64,000 nt of DNA from assembly GCA_973895155.1 (NCBI GenBank), contig OZ316897.1:1824515-1888514 (forward strand), in the 5' to 3' direction. Position numbers and translations under genes: made by a program. The notes beneath the pieces were generated by a model. That model searched no databases. It was not told the origin of the DNA and saw only the letters and a list, made by a program, of their open reading frames with translations. Shown here in pieces: positions 1 to 11,387 of this stretch. Positions within the stretch are counted from its first letter, which is position 1; every line of letters starts with the position of its first letter. Origin of the DNA: Marsupella aquatica (taxonomy: Eukaryota; Plantae; Marchantiophyta).

Positions 1-3000
1 GGTCCTTAGAAGGCTTGATCGAATCTATTACACATCTCGGGCGAAATTCGAGGTATCCTCTACTATTCTGCCAGGCATCACACTGTCCGATCATGCGCCG
101 GTAATCGCCTTGCTCACACCCACAATACCCATCAAGAGGCACTCTCTCCATCGCATGAATGCTAGTCACCAATCACAGAGTGACTTCCAGGAACGTATTG
201 CACTAATGTGGGAACATGAGGAGGAACTTTGCCGTGGCAAAGGTATGAAGCCTGACTTGATCCTGATCCGCTGCCTTAAAAAGGCCCGGAAAATTGATCG
301 ATGTTGGGGTAAACGTAAGGCAGCGGAGAGGCGGCACAAGGAAGACCTACTTCGTCGCAATTTGGCTTTTGCCCAGTTCCAACTTGAACTGGAACCGCAG
401 AACTCTATCAACCAGGAATCCCTGAAGGAGGCGGAGGCCATGCTGCTGGATTTTGAAGCTGAGAGGGTCCGCTGGATGGATTACATTTTGCAGTCACAAT
501 GGATTGGGGAGGGAGACAAATGCTCCAAACTTTTCTTTAGCAGCTTTGGGGGACTGGCTATGAATAAGGAAATTACCCACCTTTTCACCCCCGAGGCACA
601 AATCGTTAGTGAATGGGATGATCTTGCCAGCACTGCCACCTAATTCTTCCAGAAAATCCTAGGCAACTCTGCAGGCTTCAACTGGGAGCAGGTGGCACGG
701 GTGCTTCACCTCCAATCCAAGCGCATCACTAGGGAGGATCTCCAGTTGCTGAATGAACCACTCACTTTGGATGAGCTTGGGAGAGCAGCTGCTGCTCTGT
801 CCAACAACAAATGCCCTGGGCCGGATGGAGTTCCAGTGTCCAACAACAAATGCCCTGGGCCGGATGGAGTTCCAGTGGAATTTTTTGTTGCACATTGGCA
901 CACAGTGGGCTCCTCTCTCCACGCAGCTCTATTACAAGGAATGCAGGACGGGGCTTTCTCTCCGGAAATCACACGGGGCCTTATTGTTCTCCTTCCCAAG
1001 AAGGATGATCAGAGGTCTTTGGCAAATAAGCGCCCCATCACCTTGCTCAATGTTGCCCATAAGATTGGAGCAAAGGCTTTTCAAATGCGTCTCCTTCCGG
1101 TCCTGCAGAGGATCATTTCCCCTCAACAATTTGCTTTCTTACCGGGGCGCAATATTCATCATTCTCTCATGCTTCTCAACGAGACGCTACACCATGCTGA
1201 GCAGTCCGGGATGGATTACATCCTTCTGAAATTAGACATCATCAAGGCCTTTGACAAGCTTGAGTGGCACTTCCTGCTACTGCTTATGGAGAAAATGGGG
1301 TTCACGGGAATGATCCTGAATTTTTTGGCAGCCACCCACGCCTCAGCAACCTCAGCTGTACTGATCAATGGGAGAATGACATCACCATTCAATTTGGCAC
1401 GTTCAGTTAGGCAGGGCTACCCCCTTTCCCCTGACTCTGCTGTTCCTAATAGCAATTGACTCTCTTAGCGTAATGTTAGACGGGGAGGTCAGACAGGGAT
1501 TAATTCAAGGGGTGGATATCCAGCACCTGGCGGTCCACAATGTACACAACCTGTTTGCTGATGATGTAACGTTGCTCATTCGTGCGGTGATGCATTTTGT
1601 TGAAAGATGCAAGATTGTTCTCGATGTTTTCGGCCTGGCCTCTGGCCTCTTTTGTGCCTGGGAGAAAACCAGGGCTGCTTTTGTATCGCCGAATAGGATT
1701 CCAATTGAGTTCAAACGACTACCATGGAAATGGGAGGATGAACACAGTGCCACTAAACTTCTTGGGATCCCTCTCGCGCAAAACATCTCCAAACAGCAAA
1801 TGGTTCTGTCCCTCACCGAGAAGTTGGAATCTCGCTTGGATAGGGTAAACCACATCTCCTAGACAGACCTTTCGGGTGAACAATGGTTGTCTTCACCACC
1901 AAGAAAACTTTGCCCCACCCACAGAGGCGCTCTTACATCGGGTGGTTGTCAAGATGCACGACACTGATGCTGCACATCGACTTCGTATTGGAAGACCGAT
2001 TGGTCCCCTGGCACCTTTGCTCCAGTATGAGTGGCGGGACGGCCTCCCACTGCAGGACACGAATACTGCCCACTTACGCACACTACAAGGCAGGGCCCCT
2101 GGTTTCCTTCACAAGGCTATCCTTAAGTGGGCACTTCGGCTGAATTGGACCCCCGACCCCCATTTACTTTGGTCTGGCAACTGGCTTCCCTTCCGTGCAG
2201 CTCGCGAGAATTGCTACTTGTGGCAATTAATCTATCGCATCCCTGCTACCCAACACTGGCGCTTCCCCTGTCTACCACCTACCTACCCGATCACCTGGTG
2301 TACTAGATATGGGCAAAGCATACAGGAAGATCTCATTCATTGCATTTGGGAATGCAACATCTCGCAGCTGGTCTGGAAATGGGTCCAACCCATCCTTCAA
2401 CAATGTGCTTTCTCTCAGGGACCCTGGATACAACTGTTACCCGTACATATTTTTGTTGGGGAACCTTTGCCAGAGCAATGGGACATTCCTGAGCGTTTGT
2501 GGCACATTCTTCGGGCCATCATCTGCTGGACCATCTGGAAGGATAGATGCCTACACTTTATTGAGCACACCCAGCCCAATCCACAAGGAGTTATTCGGAA
2601 AACCTGGCAGCGTTTAGGAGTTTACCTTCGAAGGGATTGGACCAGGCTTAAAACCAGGATTCAAAATGGGAAGATCACATACGGTGAAGCTCACCAAGAG
2701 ATGTCAATGGCCTTCGGGACTTGGGATGGACTCTGGAAAATTCAAGAAGATATGCTCCAAGTTCAGCCAGTCCCACCCCGCCCACCATGAGACTTTCTCT
2801 TCCTCAGGTTTTGAGGTTGTGCTACTTCTAGACTGATAGGTTCTTTCTTATCACGGACCCACTGTATGGGACCCAGCCGGTCCCAGACCACTGGCCGGTC
2901 TTTGGGAGTGTGCTACTCCTGCCGTAGTCTCCAAATTGCTTGTTTGGTTTGTCTCTTTGGAGACCCAGTCTCTCACCTGGTTCCGGCCTCACCGGTCCCG

Positions 3001-3111
3001 GCACGTCGACCTCCGGTCCCCTTGGATTGGTGTCTCTTTTGAGGCCCCCCTTTTTGTATGCTGACTAAATGAATGGAATTCTTTGGTTTTTTCGAGGCAA
3101 AAAAAGAAAAA
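1..3111 (+). mobile_element. Decayed L1-clade LINE retrotransposon (ORF2 remnant, 3' UTR, A-rich tail); 5' part lies outside the window
   Basis: Endonuclease C-terminal motif (RLDRIYY...LSDHAPV) at 1-110. RT motifs KCPGPDG, RPITLLN, LKLDIIKAFD, VRQGYPLSP, NLFADDV. zf-RVT-like C-terminus (EDLIHCIWEC, WTIWKDR) ending at 2790. A-rich tail 3099-3111. Stops at 641 and 1860, frameshift near 1432. Confidence 0.92.
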
Positions 3112-3156
3112 TGTCTAGTGCAACGGTACTGCACGGGACAACAAGCAGACGTCTAA

Positions 3157-3333
3157 ATACACCCAAATACGGCCCCAAATAATGAGGTATAAGGTGGCAT
3201 ACACCCAAAATACGGTCCCCAAATAATGAGGTGTAAAGTGACATACACCCAAAATACTATCCTAAATAAGGAGGTATAGAGTGACATACACCCAAAATAC
3301 TGTCCCAAATAATGAGGTATAAAGTGATATACA
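3157..3333. repeat. Tandem repeat, ~4 copies of a ~41-45-bp unit (ACACCCAAAATAC...AAATAATGAGGTATAAAGTGACAT)
   Basis: Repeated units visible directly in the sequence. Confidence 0.85.
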
Positions 3334-3488
3334 TGGCAAACTCAGGTAAGCTGAGAGTCATTAACAAAACCCCACTACCTAAAAAGAGCGAAGTAAAAAG
3401 ACCGGGCATCGGATATCAACTTTTAGAGTATCTCCTCCATTAATGGGGTTCAGGGGTTCACTCAATGTATATGTTTATGGTCCTGACA

Positions 3489-3577
3489 TGCTCCTTAATG
3501 GGGCATATGGGGCGACCCTATGCCGACCCGCGGGAGCGGGGAGGCGTACGGGAGCCCCATTGCCCCATTAAGGAGCA
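3489..3577. repeat. Subterminal hairpin with a ~24-bp stem just inside the left end of the element
   Basis: TGCTCCTTAATGGGGCA(T)ATGGGGC at 3489-3513 pairs with GCCCCATTGCCCCATTAAGGAGCA at 3554-3577. Confidence 0.85.
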
Positions 3578-4476
3578 ATGAAGGACCCTAAATATTTGTT
3601 AAACGATCGTACCCTAGATAAACGGTTGCCATTTGTCGATCTGGTGCAATCGCGCGCTACTTCTGTCACCCGCTGCTGGAGAGGCACCATGTCTCAAGCA
3701 ATCCCTGCCTTTCATTCAAACGTCAACGTCCCGGATGATCTCATAACCAATTCAGGTTGATCCAATGGTGCAGATTGGTAGGGTTACTGGCTGGACGTGA
3801 CACTATTGTAGGTTACTTAGTCTGCGCGAGTGACGCACTGAAGCAATTTTGCACTCCCCATTTCTGTGACGCCGTGAGGCTGCACTGTTTGAGATCGGGT
3901 GCTGAGAGATTTTTCTATGAACCAGCTTTGTAGATTTGTCGAGCTTTGTCTACGATATACTATTAGGGTAGTAAAGTATATCGTACTATCTAGGGTATAG
4001 AGGTTTTGTATGTGTGCTATATGAGCACTTTGTGTTTAGTTTGAGTTGGTGTGAGGGATAGTTATCCCCTTGTGTTGGCTCAAAGGCCTCATCTTTCAAT
4101 GTTGAGCCTTTGAGCATGAGCTTGGTGGCTATGGTGTGGCTGACCAGGTTGTGTGCAAGTAACGTGGATTCCTTGAAGCACAAGGTGCGTTGGGCTTGAC
4201 ATATATGTGTGATCGTGTCGGACGGGATCGTTGTTGGATTAGCACTGATCGTTGTTCGATTTCATCCAGAAAAGATTACATTGAAAGATCACTGCAGGTT
4301 GATTCGAAGCTGTTTCGAAGCTTGCTGTATTGCAGAGTTGATCCATGATCCATGGTCACGATGGAGTCCGCGTTGCGACGAGGTGCGGCGGCGACCTAGG
4401 GCACAAGGAAAACGACAATATTGTTGAACAGTGTTTTGGTCCGAGAATTGCGGCGTGTTTTGTGGCGCGCCTTGTT

Positions 4477-4919
4477 TTGGACTGGGATCATCCGAGTCCA
4501 ATTGTGGGTTGTCTCTTGAGATTTCATTTTGACTCAAAGTTGGATTTGGATTGGGATCATCTGAGTCCAATTGTGGGTTGTCTCTTGAGACCGCATTTTG
4601 ACTCGAAGTTGGATTTGGACTAGGATCATCCCAATCCAACTATACATTGGTAACTTCGGACCCCATTTGGACTTGAAGTTGAAGTTGGACTGGGATCATC
4701 CCAATCCAACTGTACATTGACAACGTTGGAGACTTGATTTTGGGCGAAGGTGAAATTGGATTAGGATCATCTCAATCCAACTGTATGTTGGCGTGTCCAG
4801 AGACCTCATCTGGACCTTGAAGTGGATTTGGATTAGGATCAACCCAATCCAACTGTATCTTGGCGACTTCACCTGTGTAGAGGATGTGAAGGACTTGGAC
4901 TGGGATCATCCCACTCCAA
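4477..4919. repeat. Array of 7 copies of a 25-bp palindrome (consensus TTGGAYTRGGATCATCCCAATCCAA) at 67-72-bp period
   Basis: Copies start at 4477, 4546, 4615, 4685, 4756, 4828 and 4895. Spacers are diverged but related to each other. Confidence 0.9.
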
Positions 4920-5443
4920 CTTGTGGACCGGGCGTCCGGATGACTATTGAATGGATTTGAATTGGAGGTTCACCCCGACGTAGCGAAGTGTGGCGGGTGT
5001 GAAGGGCTCCCTTAGGCTCATCTCGGCGTTTCAAGGCGACTCGTGACGAGGGGCGTGAGGACGGAACAGGAGCCAGACCGGAGCGGGCCGCAAGGTAGCT
5101 TGTTGGTACGTGAGGAGTAGTTGACAATTGGTTGGTTTGGAGTGCCTAAGTTGGTGCATAACTCCAAGGGGGGAGGTCACCCATCCCAAAGCTATTCCTC
5201 TTGCGCGTGCTTAACCATGGAGTTCTTATGGCATGTAGTGTACACACAAGTTTTCACAACTTGTTGTCTAAGTTAAAGGGCTAGGGGGCTTTATACACTT
5301 ATTAGTTTGTCTAGAGACCTGTTTTGGGCCAAATTAGATGCTACTTGGAGGTTTTTGATGCTTCTGAATCCATCTAGATGCATAGATTGGATTAATTTTG
5401 CATGGATTCTTAGCTACAACCTTGGGGCATTGTGAAGCCTATT

Positions 5444-8400
5444 ATGAAGGTGATGGTGATGATTTAGGGCAGATTTGTCATCACGGATTCTTCGGGTGCT
5501 ACGGAACTGTCCGAGGGACAAAGGACCGGTTTCACTCGAAGTGGGGTGCCGTTTCGGCCAACGACATTGATAGCAGTTCCAAGTGCAGCTTCAAATAGTG
5601 ATTCTGTTGAGGACTCTGTGACCATTTCTCCTTGTCATCGGGTGATTGCACCTTTGTTGTGGGATATGGAAGAGATGTACGGGGCTACAAAGGGTCCACG
5701 ACGATACTCTGGTGCAGTTGGCACGATTGATCTGGATGACTTCATCCAAGAGTTTGATACGTGATGCGACATGCAGTCATTGCGTAATGCCACGTTGTTT
5801 ACCCCTTTCATGGCATGGAAGGGATTATTTCAGCATTTGGAGGGGCCACCCATGGATGATTACCATGAGTTTCGGAAGGCTCATTTGGTTGAGATTGAGG
5901 CATGGAGGCAACATTGGTCACCTAATTATGTGTCCATCACCTATGGCACTAGAGCGACTGCCCAACCCATTGCTACAGTTGTTGCTTCTTCTAGTAGCAC
6001 TAGCCAGAGTGGCACACCATCTACCAGTACCACTCCAACAACATCCACCGCTACTCCTACCAGTATGATTGTGACAGGGGTTGGAGTCACGCCAACATTT
6101 AACCCTGTGGTGGAGTTCTTTGAAGTATTAAAGCAAAACTATCAGGGTGTGAGGACTGATAAGTTGAAGGGTCTCCAGGAGTTTCAGCGCAAGACTGGAG
6201 AGAGTCTACGTGAGGCATACACTCGTATGTGCAGATTGATCACTATCACCAAGGGAGTGACAGAGGCTCAAGCAGTCCAATTTTGGTATGCAATTCTGGA
6301 TAGAGAATTGCGACGTAGAGTGAGAGATGTCACTCTGCTTAGGGATGCAGATCCCACATTGGCAGTTGTTTTTACACTTTCTGAGCGAATTGAGCTCAAT
6401 ATGGTGAATGAGAAGGTGGTGACTTCCGGATTTGCCAAGGAAGCACCCAAGGCTGCATCTACATCGACACCACAGCCTGTTGCACGGAAGAGCCAGAGGG
6501 AGAAGCCTACTGCACGAGAGTCTACCAGTCAGAGACCTGTGCCTTCCTATGCTGGACAACAATCAGGATGTTGGACCTGTGGTGGGGATCATGCGCAGCG
6601 GTATTGCCCTGATCCTAGAGGGTCAGGAGGGGCCTCAGCACCTGATCAACGGCAGTGTGATCATTGTGGAGCTCCTGGACACACCAAGGATAGGTGTTTC
6701 TCACTCCATCCCGAGTTACGGAGAGGGGGACAACGCACACATGATCAGGGAAGAGGAGGTAGAGTTGGTGGTCGTGGCCGAGGTATGCCACATGTAGCAA
6801 GGCAGGGAGGTGAGGTTGCTCCTGCTGTGACCACAGATCCTAAGGATGCTAAGATTGCTCAATTGGAGCAACAACTAGCTGCTATGGCTAGTTCTCAGGT
6901 GAGACCTGCTTCTGGTGATGGGGCTTCTACATCCTATGGAGCTTCCACATCTTATGGGGTTGATGGAGATCTTGCCACCATGGGATTCATGTGTGGCACT
7001 GCACACATTGATGCATCAACAGCTTTGACGCGTGGGGCAGCAAAAGTTCTTGAGCCCCGAGGAGCAGTAGTGGACCTAGATCCACAGAGGGGGGATGCAC
7101 GTCGTCAGACAAAGCTTCCTCAGTCTTTTACATTGTCAGAGACAGTTCCGACTGCCTCTATGAACTCGATTCGGACAAACCCTAGCGTAGGTAAGTTGGC
7201 AGAATCAGGTAGTGATGCAGCAGGGATGACAGGTACCCTGCTGGGGGCGGCTACTACCATAGTGCGCACCCCATTATTTTCAGCTACAGACATGCTGAAC
7301 TTGGGAGTTGGTCCTGCAGAAGTGTTCAGATTGGCAGCTACACTCTGTGAGGACACTCCAGTTGTTGCTTCCCATGCAAAAGCAGCTTGCAGTGTTGAAG
7401 TTGAGAAGACCATGCCACCTACGGCTACTAGCGAGACCTGGCATGCAGCAGCAGCGAGGTTGGTGGATTTACCAGCACGCCCTGCATTTGAGAGGACTAG
7501 GTTTAAACCTAGTGTTGTGTCATTGGATAATCGGAGTGGTATCTTCCGATTAGTTGGGCCTACTGGAGCCATATACCAGCTAGAGAGAGTGTTACTGGAT
7601 ACTGGTGCTCAGCCCTTGATGTTGGGTAAGTCTGCGGTACGAGGATTGGCATTGCGTCCAGATGATCTGGAGGAGTGTCCCTTTCCTATTCAAACATCAT
7701 TGGGGGGACCTACACCCACACAACACATCACCAGACGACCACTTGAATTGAGGATTCAGGAGGGTCATGCCAAGGATAGCTCCCACATACAGGCGCGAGC
7801 TATTTTGACTAAGGCCGAGTCCTATGATGTGTTGGTGGGATGTACAGTGTTATACCCCATGGGATTTATTCTTGATTTTTGGGATGAATCAGTATCATAC
7901 AGACTTGATTGGCAGTCAGGAGATGCTCGATTGAGCAGGTTGCCAGTGCGATTTAGTGGACCTGTGGGAGGCCCTAAATCCACACTATTGTCTTTGGCAG
8001 CCTTCAGTGGTGTGATCACTGGTCCTGATGATTTGATGGAGGGTAATGCACATGCAACAGATGTTCCATCAGTGGAGGAGTCACATGAGGAGCAGATGGT
8101 GTGAAGGAGCAACCTGGATTGGGATGATCCCAATCCAACTAGTGTTGTGCCACCAGTATGGGGTACTGCACAAGCCTTGCCGCAAAGGGCAGCACAATTG
8201 GTACATGATGCATGGCGTCATGCTTTTACACCATAGTCAGGAGCAGAGCAATCTCCTACAAGTGGGCCAGTGACTCTTTCACCATTGGATACCACTCCTA
8301 TTGCATGGCAGTATCCACCAGAGGGTATTTGTTTGCTTGATCTATTTGGTGGAATTAGCACTGGATTGGCTGCTATTCTTCAGGCAGGAATTCCTGTGCG

Positions 8401-9103
8401 TCGATACTTGTATGTGGAGACAGATGAGACAACACGGAGAGTCTCATTGCGCCATTTGGCTATGTTGGTAGACCGTTATCCACAGTTGTTGCCAGTGGAT
8501 GCTGTTCGTGGCTATCAGCATGCATTGCCGGCTGATATTTCATTGCTGGGGGCGGATCATTTGGATCGCGTTGGCCCCATTGATTTGGTGATTGCTGGTT
8601 GGCCATGTCAAGGCCAATCAAGAGCTGGAGTTGGACATGGACTTCATGATCCACGCTCTGCATTGTTTTGGGAGATGTTACGGGTATTGCGTCATCTCCA
8701 ATTACACCAAACACATTTGCCTGCCTACATTTTGGAGAATGTGCCACTATTGGGTGATGAGCGTCATCGACTTGTTGCTAGTGTACATCAGGTCAGATCT
8801 TGGATTGGACCTGCTGTATTATTGGATGCTGCACGTGTGGGTTCTCGTGCACATCGTCCACGCTTGTGGTGGACTAATTTGTTACCTTGTGAAGTGTTGA
8901 AGCGAGCATTTGATAGCATTCCTCGCTCAGCATCCTTGGTGGTGGATGATATTTTGGATCCAGGGCGTTGTGCACAACATGTGACCCAGTCTGACAGATC
9001 TCCATTGGCAGTGGTCAATGTAGTTGGTCGTCCGCGTTGTGCATTACCCACTTTTGTGAGCCATTCTGCTTCATATACCATTCAAGATCGCTTTTACGGA
9101 TAA
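5444..9103 (+). pseudogene. Ty3/Gypsy-type Gag-protease-C5 DNA methyltransferase (DNMT3-like) polyprotein, interrupted by in-frame stops and 3' truncated
   Basis: ORFs 5546, 5771 and 8270 share one frame, with stops at ~5465, 5762, 8102 and ~8234. Gag core (LQEFQRKTGESLREAYTR), CCHC knuckles CWTCGGDHAQRYC and CDHCGAPGHTKDRC, protease LLDTGAQ. DNMT motifs LDLFGGI (I), IAGWPCQG (IV), ILENV (VI), RPRLWWTN (VIII); motifs IX-X absent. Confidence 0.88.
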
Positions 9104-9240
9104 GGCGATGCGTGATCAGCCTTAAGCAGCGGTGGAGTTTAGGGTCGAGTGGATTAGGTCACCCACGCTGTCCGGGTGACCGTGTTTTCTGGCAAGAGCA
9201 TGTTGGCTCTTTTGCAGTTAACCTTGCATGCTTATAAGTT

Positions 9241-9667
9241 CTACACTAAAATCAAAATGATAATTCTAGTAACAAGGGTAGTGGGTATTAAGAAAGGTTC
9301 AGGTGAAACTAAAATACTGTTAAACCCTATTTCACCATACTTGCGGACCAACACATCACGAAAATTAGTTTTCTTACGACATATGATCCTAATATCTCCA
9401 AGAGAAAATGAAACAGGAATATCATTCGGACTCCTATTCAGATCCATGACTTCAATAAAGGACAAAGATGATGCACTCCCACTCCTCTCGGTACGACACC
9501 ACTGGGTATATTATTGGCTCGTTAGAAACCATAACAGCAGTTGCAAACTGAGCTCCAAAATGATAGGTTAGATGTTGCCTCATAGATGGTTTGTCTAAAA
9601 GATGGACTCTAATCAAAAACGGATTACGAAGGGGAAGATCAGGGATAACTCTCTCTCCTGGATTCAT
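9241..9667 (-). CDS. Two tandem paralogous small ORFs of unknown function (9667-9452, 71 aa; 9447-9241, 68 aa)
   Basis: Mutual similarity IRV..DKPSMRQHLTYHFG.....VMVSNEPIIYP vs IRI..KKTNFRDVLVRKYG.....ILVSPEPFLIP; both end in a hydrophobic run. 4 nt separate the TGA from the next ATG. TATAAATA on the minus strand at ~9887-9894. Confidence 0.5.
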
Positions 9668-9987
9668 GATGGCTCTTCTATTCCTTTGCTATCCGGGCCA
9701 AAGGACGCCCCACCCCTATATTCCCAAAGAAACCTTATTCCCTAAGGTCCCATCTATAAATCTACCACTCATTCCTTTGCTATCCGGGCCAAAGGACGCC
9801 CCACTACTATGTTCAAGGCACAAAAGAGCTTCACAACCTTGAATGATAAACACTGCGGAATGAGGGGAGAGTGTCCCTCACCACTTTATTTATAGTGCAC
9901 ACCAAGAGGGCATGGATCAAGCCCAAGCACTTGAATGAAGGCCAAGTGTCAAACATCTAATACCTAAGAGTGTGCTAGTACTATTCA

Positions 9988-10175
9988 TAGTTGGTGAAAC
10001 TACTTTTAGTAAGTGGAACTACCATGCGTTGGTGGAACTACTATGCGTTGGTGGACCTACTGTGCGTTGGTAGAACTACTATGCGCTGGTGGACCTACTG
10101 TGCGTTGGTAGAACCACTATGCGTTGGTGAATATTATCGTAGTTGGTGGAACTACTCACATGCATTGGTGGAACT
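9988..10175. repeat. Tandem repeat of a ~20-bp unit (ACTATGCGTTGGTGGAACT-like)
   Basis: About 9 degenerate copies visible. Confidence 0.85.
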
Positions 10176-10842
10176 TCTATAGTCCGTTAATATAGCTAAA
10201 GAAGTTTAATAAAGTTTAAATTTAATAATCTAACTACTAAATTACTTATATAATCTATAGCATATTAAAACAAACAATTTTTTATAACTTAAGAGAAAAT
10301 TACGACAACGCCACATAACCAAGTCGGGCGGCACAATTTACGCAGCCTTGCGTTTAGGGTTTGCAGCTCGGCCTCCCACGTGTTGAGTCGGCCTTGCCTC
10401 GCCTTGGTGTGGGGGGGGGGTAAAGGAGGCAAGAGGTCCCACTTGGGCCTCATTCTTCTTCCCTCCTCCTCTTTTTCGCTCCTCCGCTCCTGCGCCTCCG
10501 CTCCTTCGCTCCTGCGCCTCCGCTCCTCCGCTCCTCCGCCTCATTCGCTTCCAGTCTCCTTAGGCCCCACTCCACCTCCGCCTTCACACTAGAGTTTCTG
10601 CCCTAGCCGCCACGTTAATTGCCCTAGATCTAACGCTCTGTGATCCTCCACGTGTCCATACGATCACGTGTCACAAGATGGATCCATCTAGACCTATTCA
10701 TGTGTCTTTGGTCGTTGAGCCAACAGAGGAGATAGACCTCTCCTCCATTGAGGATGTGGTAGACACGGCCCTCGAGGATTCCAGAGCCTTCCAATTGCTC
10801 AATCCAAGTAAGTATCTCGGTAACAAGTTGAATATTTGTGCA

Positions 10843-11387
10843 GTGGACAGAGATCATCCCTGTCCAAGTAGAGTCCAAGTAGAAGATAGTGATCTTTATT
10901 AGGAATTGGATAGAGATGATCTTTGTCCAAACTGAGGACAGAGATCATCCCTGTCCAATTGGATAGGGATCATCTATTTCCAAAATGACGATAGAGGATG
11001 TCCAACCAGAGGATCAAAACTGTTCTATCAGAGGATGCTGAGGATCTTTATTTGGAATTGGATAGAGATGATCCCTATCCAAGTAGAGGATAGAGATGAT
11101 CCCTGTCCAATTCCTAATAAAGATCGTCAGTATCCTCTGATCGAACAAAGATGATCTTTATTAGGAATTGGACAGAGATCATCTCTATCCAAGTAGAGGA
11201 TAGAGATCATCCCTATCCAAGTAGAGGATAGAGATGATCCCTGTCCAATTCCTAATAAAGATTGTCAAAATCCTTTGATCGAACAAAGATTATCTTTGTT
11301 ACAAATTGGACAGAGATCATCCCTATCCAAGTAGAGGATAGAGATCATCCCTGTCCGGCCAATTGGATAGGGATCATCTCTGTCCAA
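10843..11387. repeat. Intronic cluster of ~12 copies of the 25-bp palindrome (TTGGAYAGAGATSATCCCTRTCCAA)
   Basis: Copies at 10843, 10906, 10934, 10959, 11058, 11086, 11168, 11196, 11224, 11306, 11334 and 11363, all inside intron 10808-11464. Confidence 0.9.

Noticed and set aside
3584-3608. Internal copy of the attachment site (GACCCTAAATATTTGTTAAACGATC)
   Set aside because: Only loose, gapped similarity to the 26-bp junction; could be chance.
4477-4919. True CRISPR array
   Set aside because: The spacers are homologous to each other, there are no cas genes and the context is eukaryotic. Kept as a palindrome array.
3865-5126. 5' LTR (TGTGAC...TTGACA) followed by a PBS-like TGG for the Gag-DNMT ORF
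   Set aside because: There is no second LTR in the window and the putative PBS matches no tRNA 3' end I recognise, so the boundaries cannot be supported. It remains possible.
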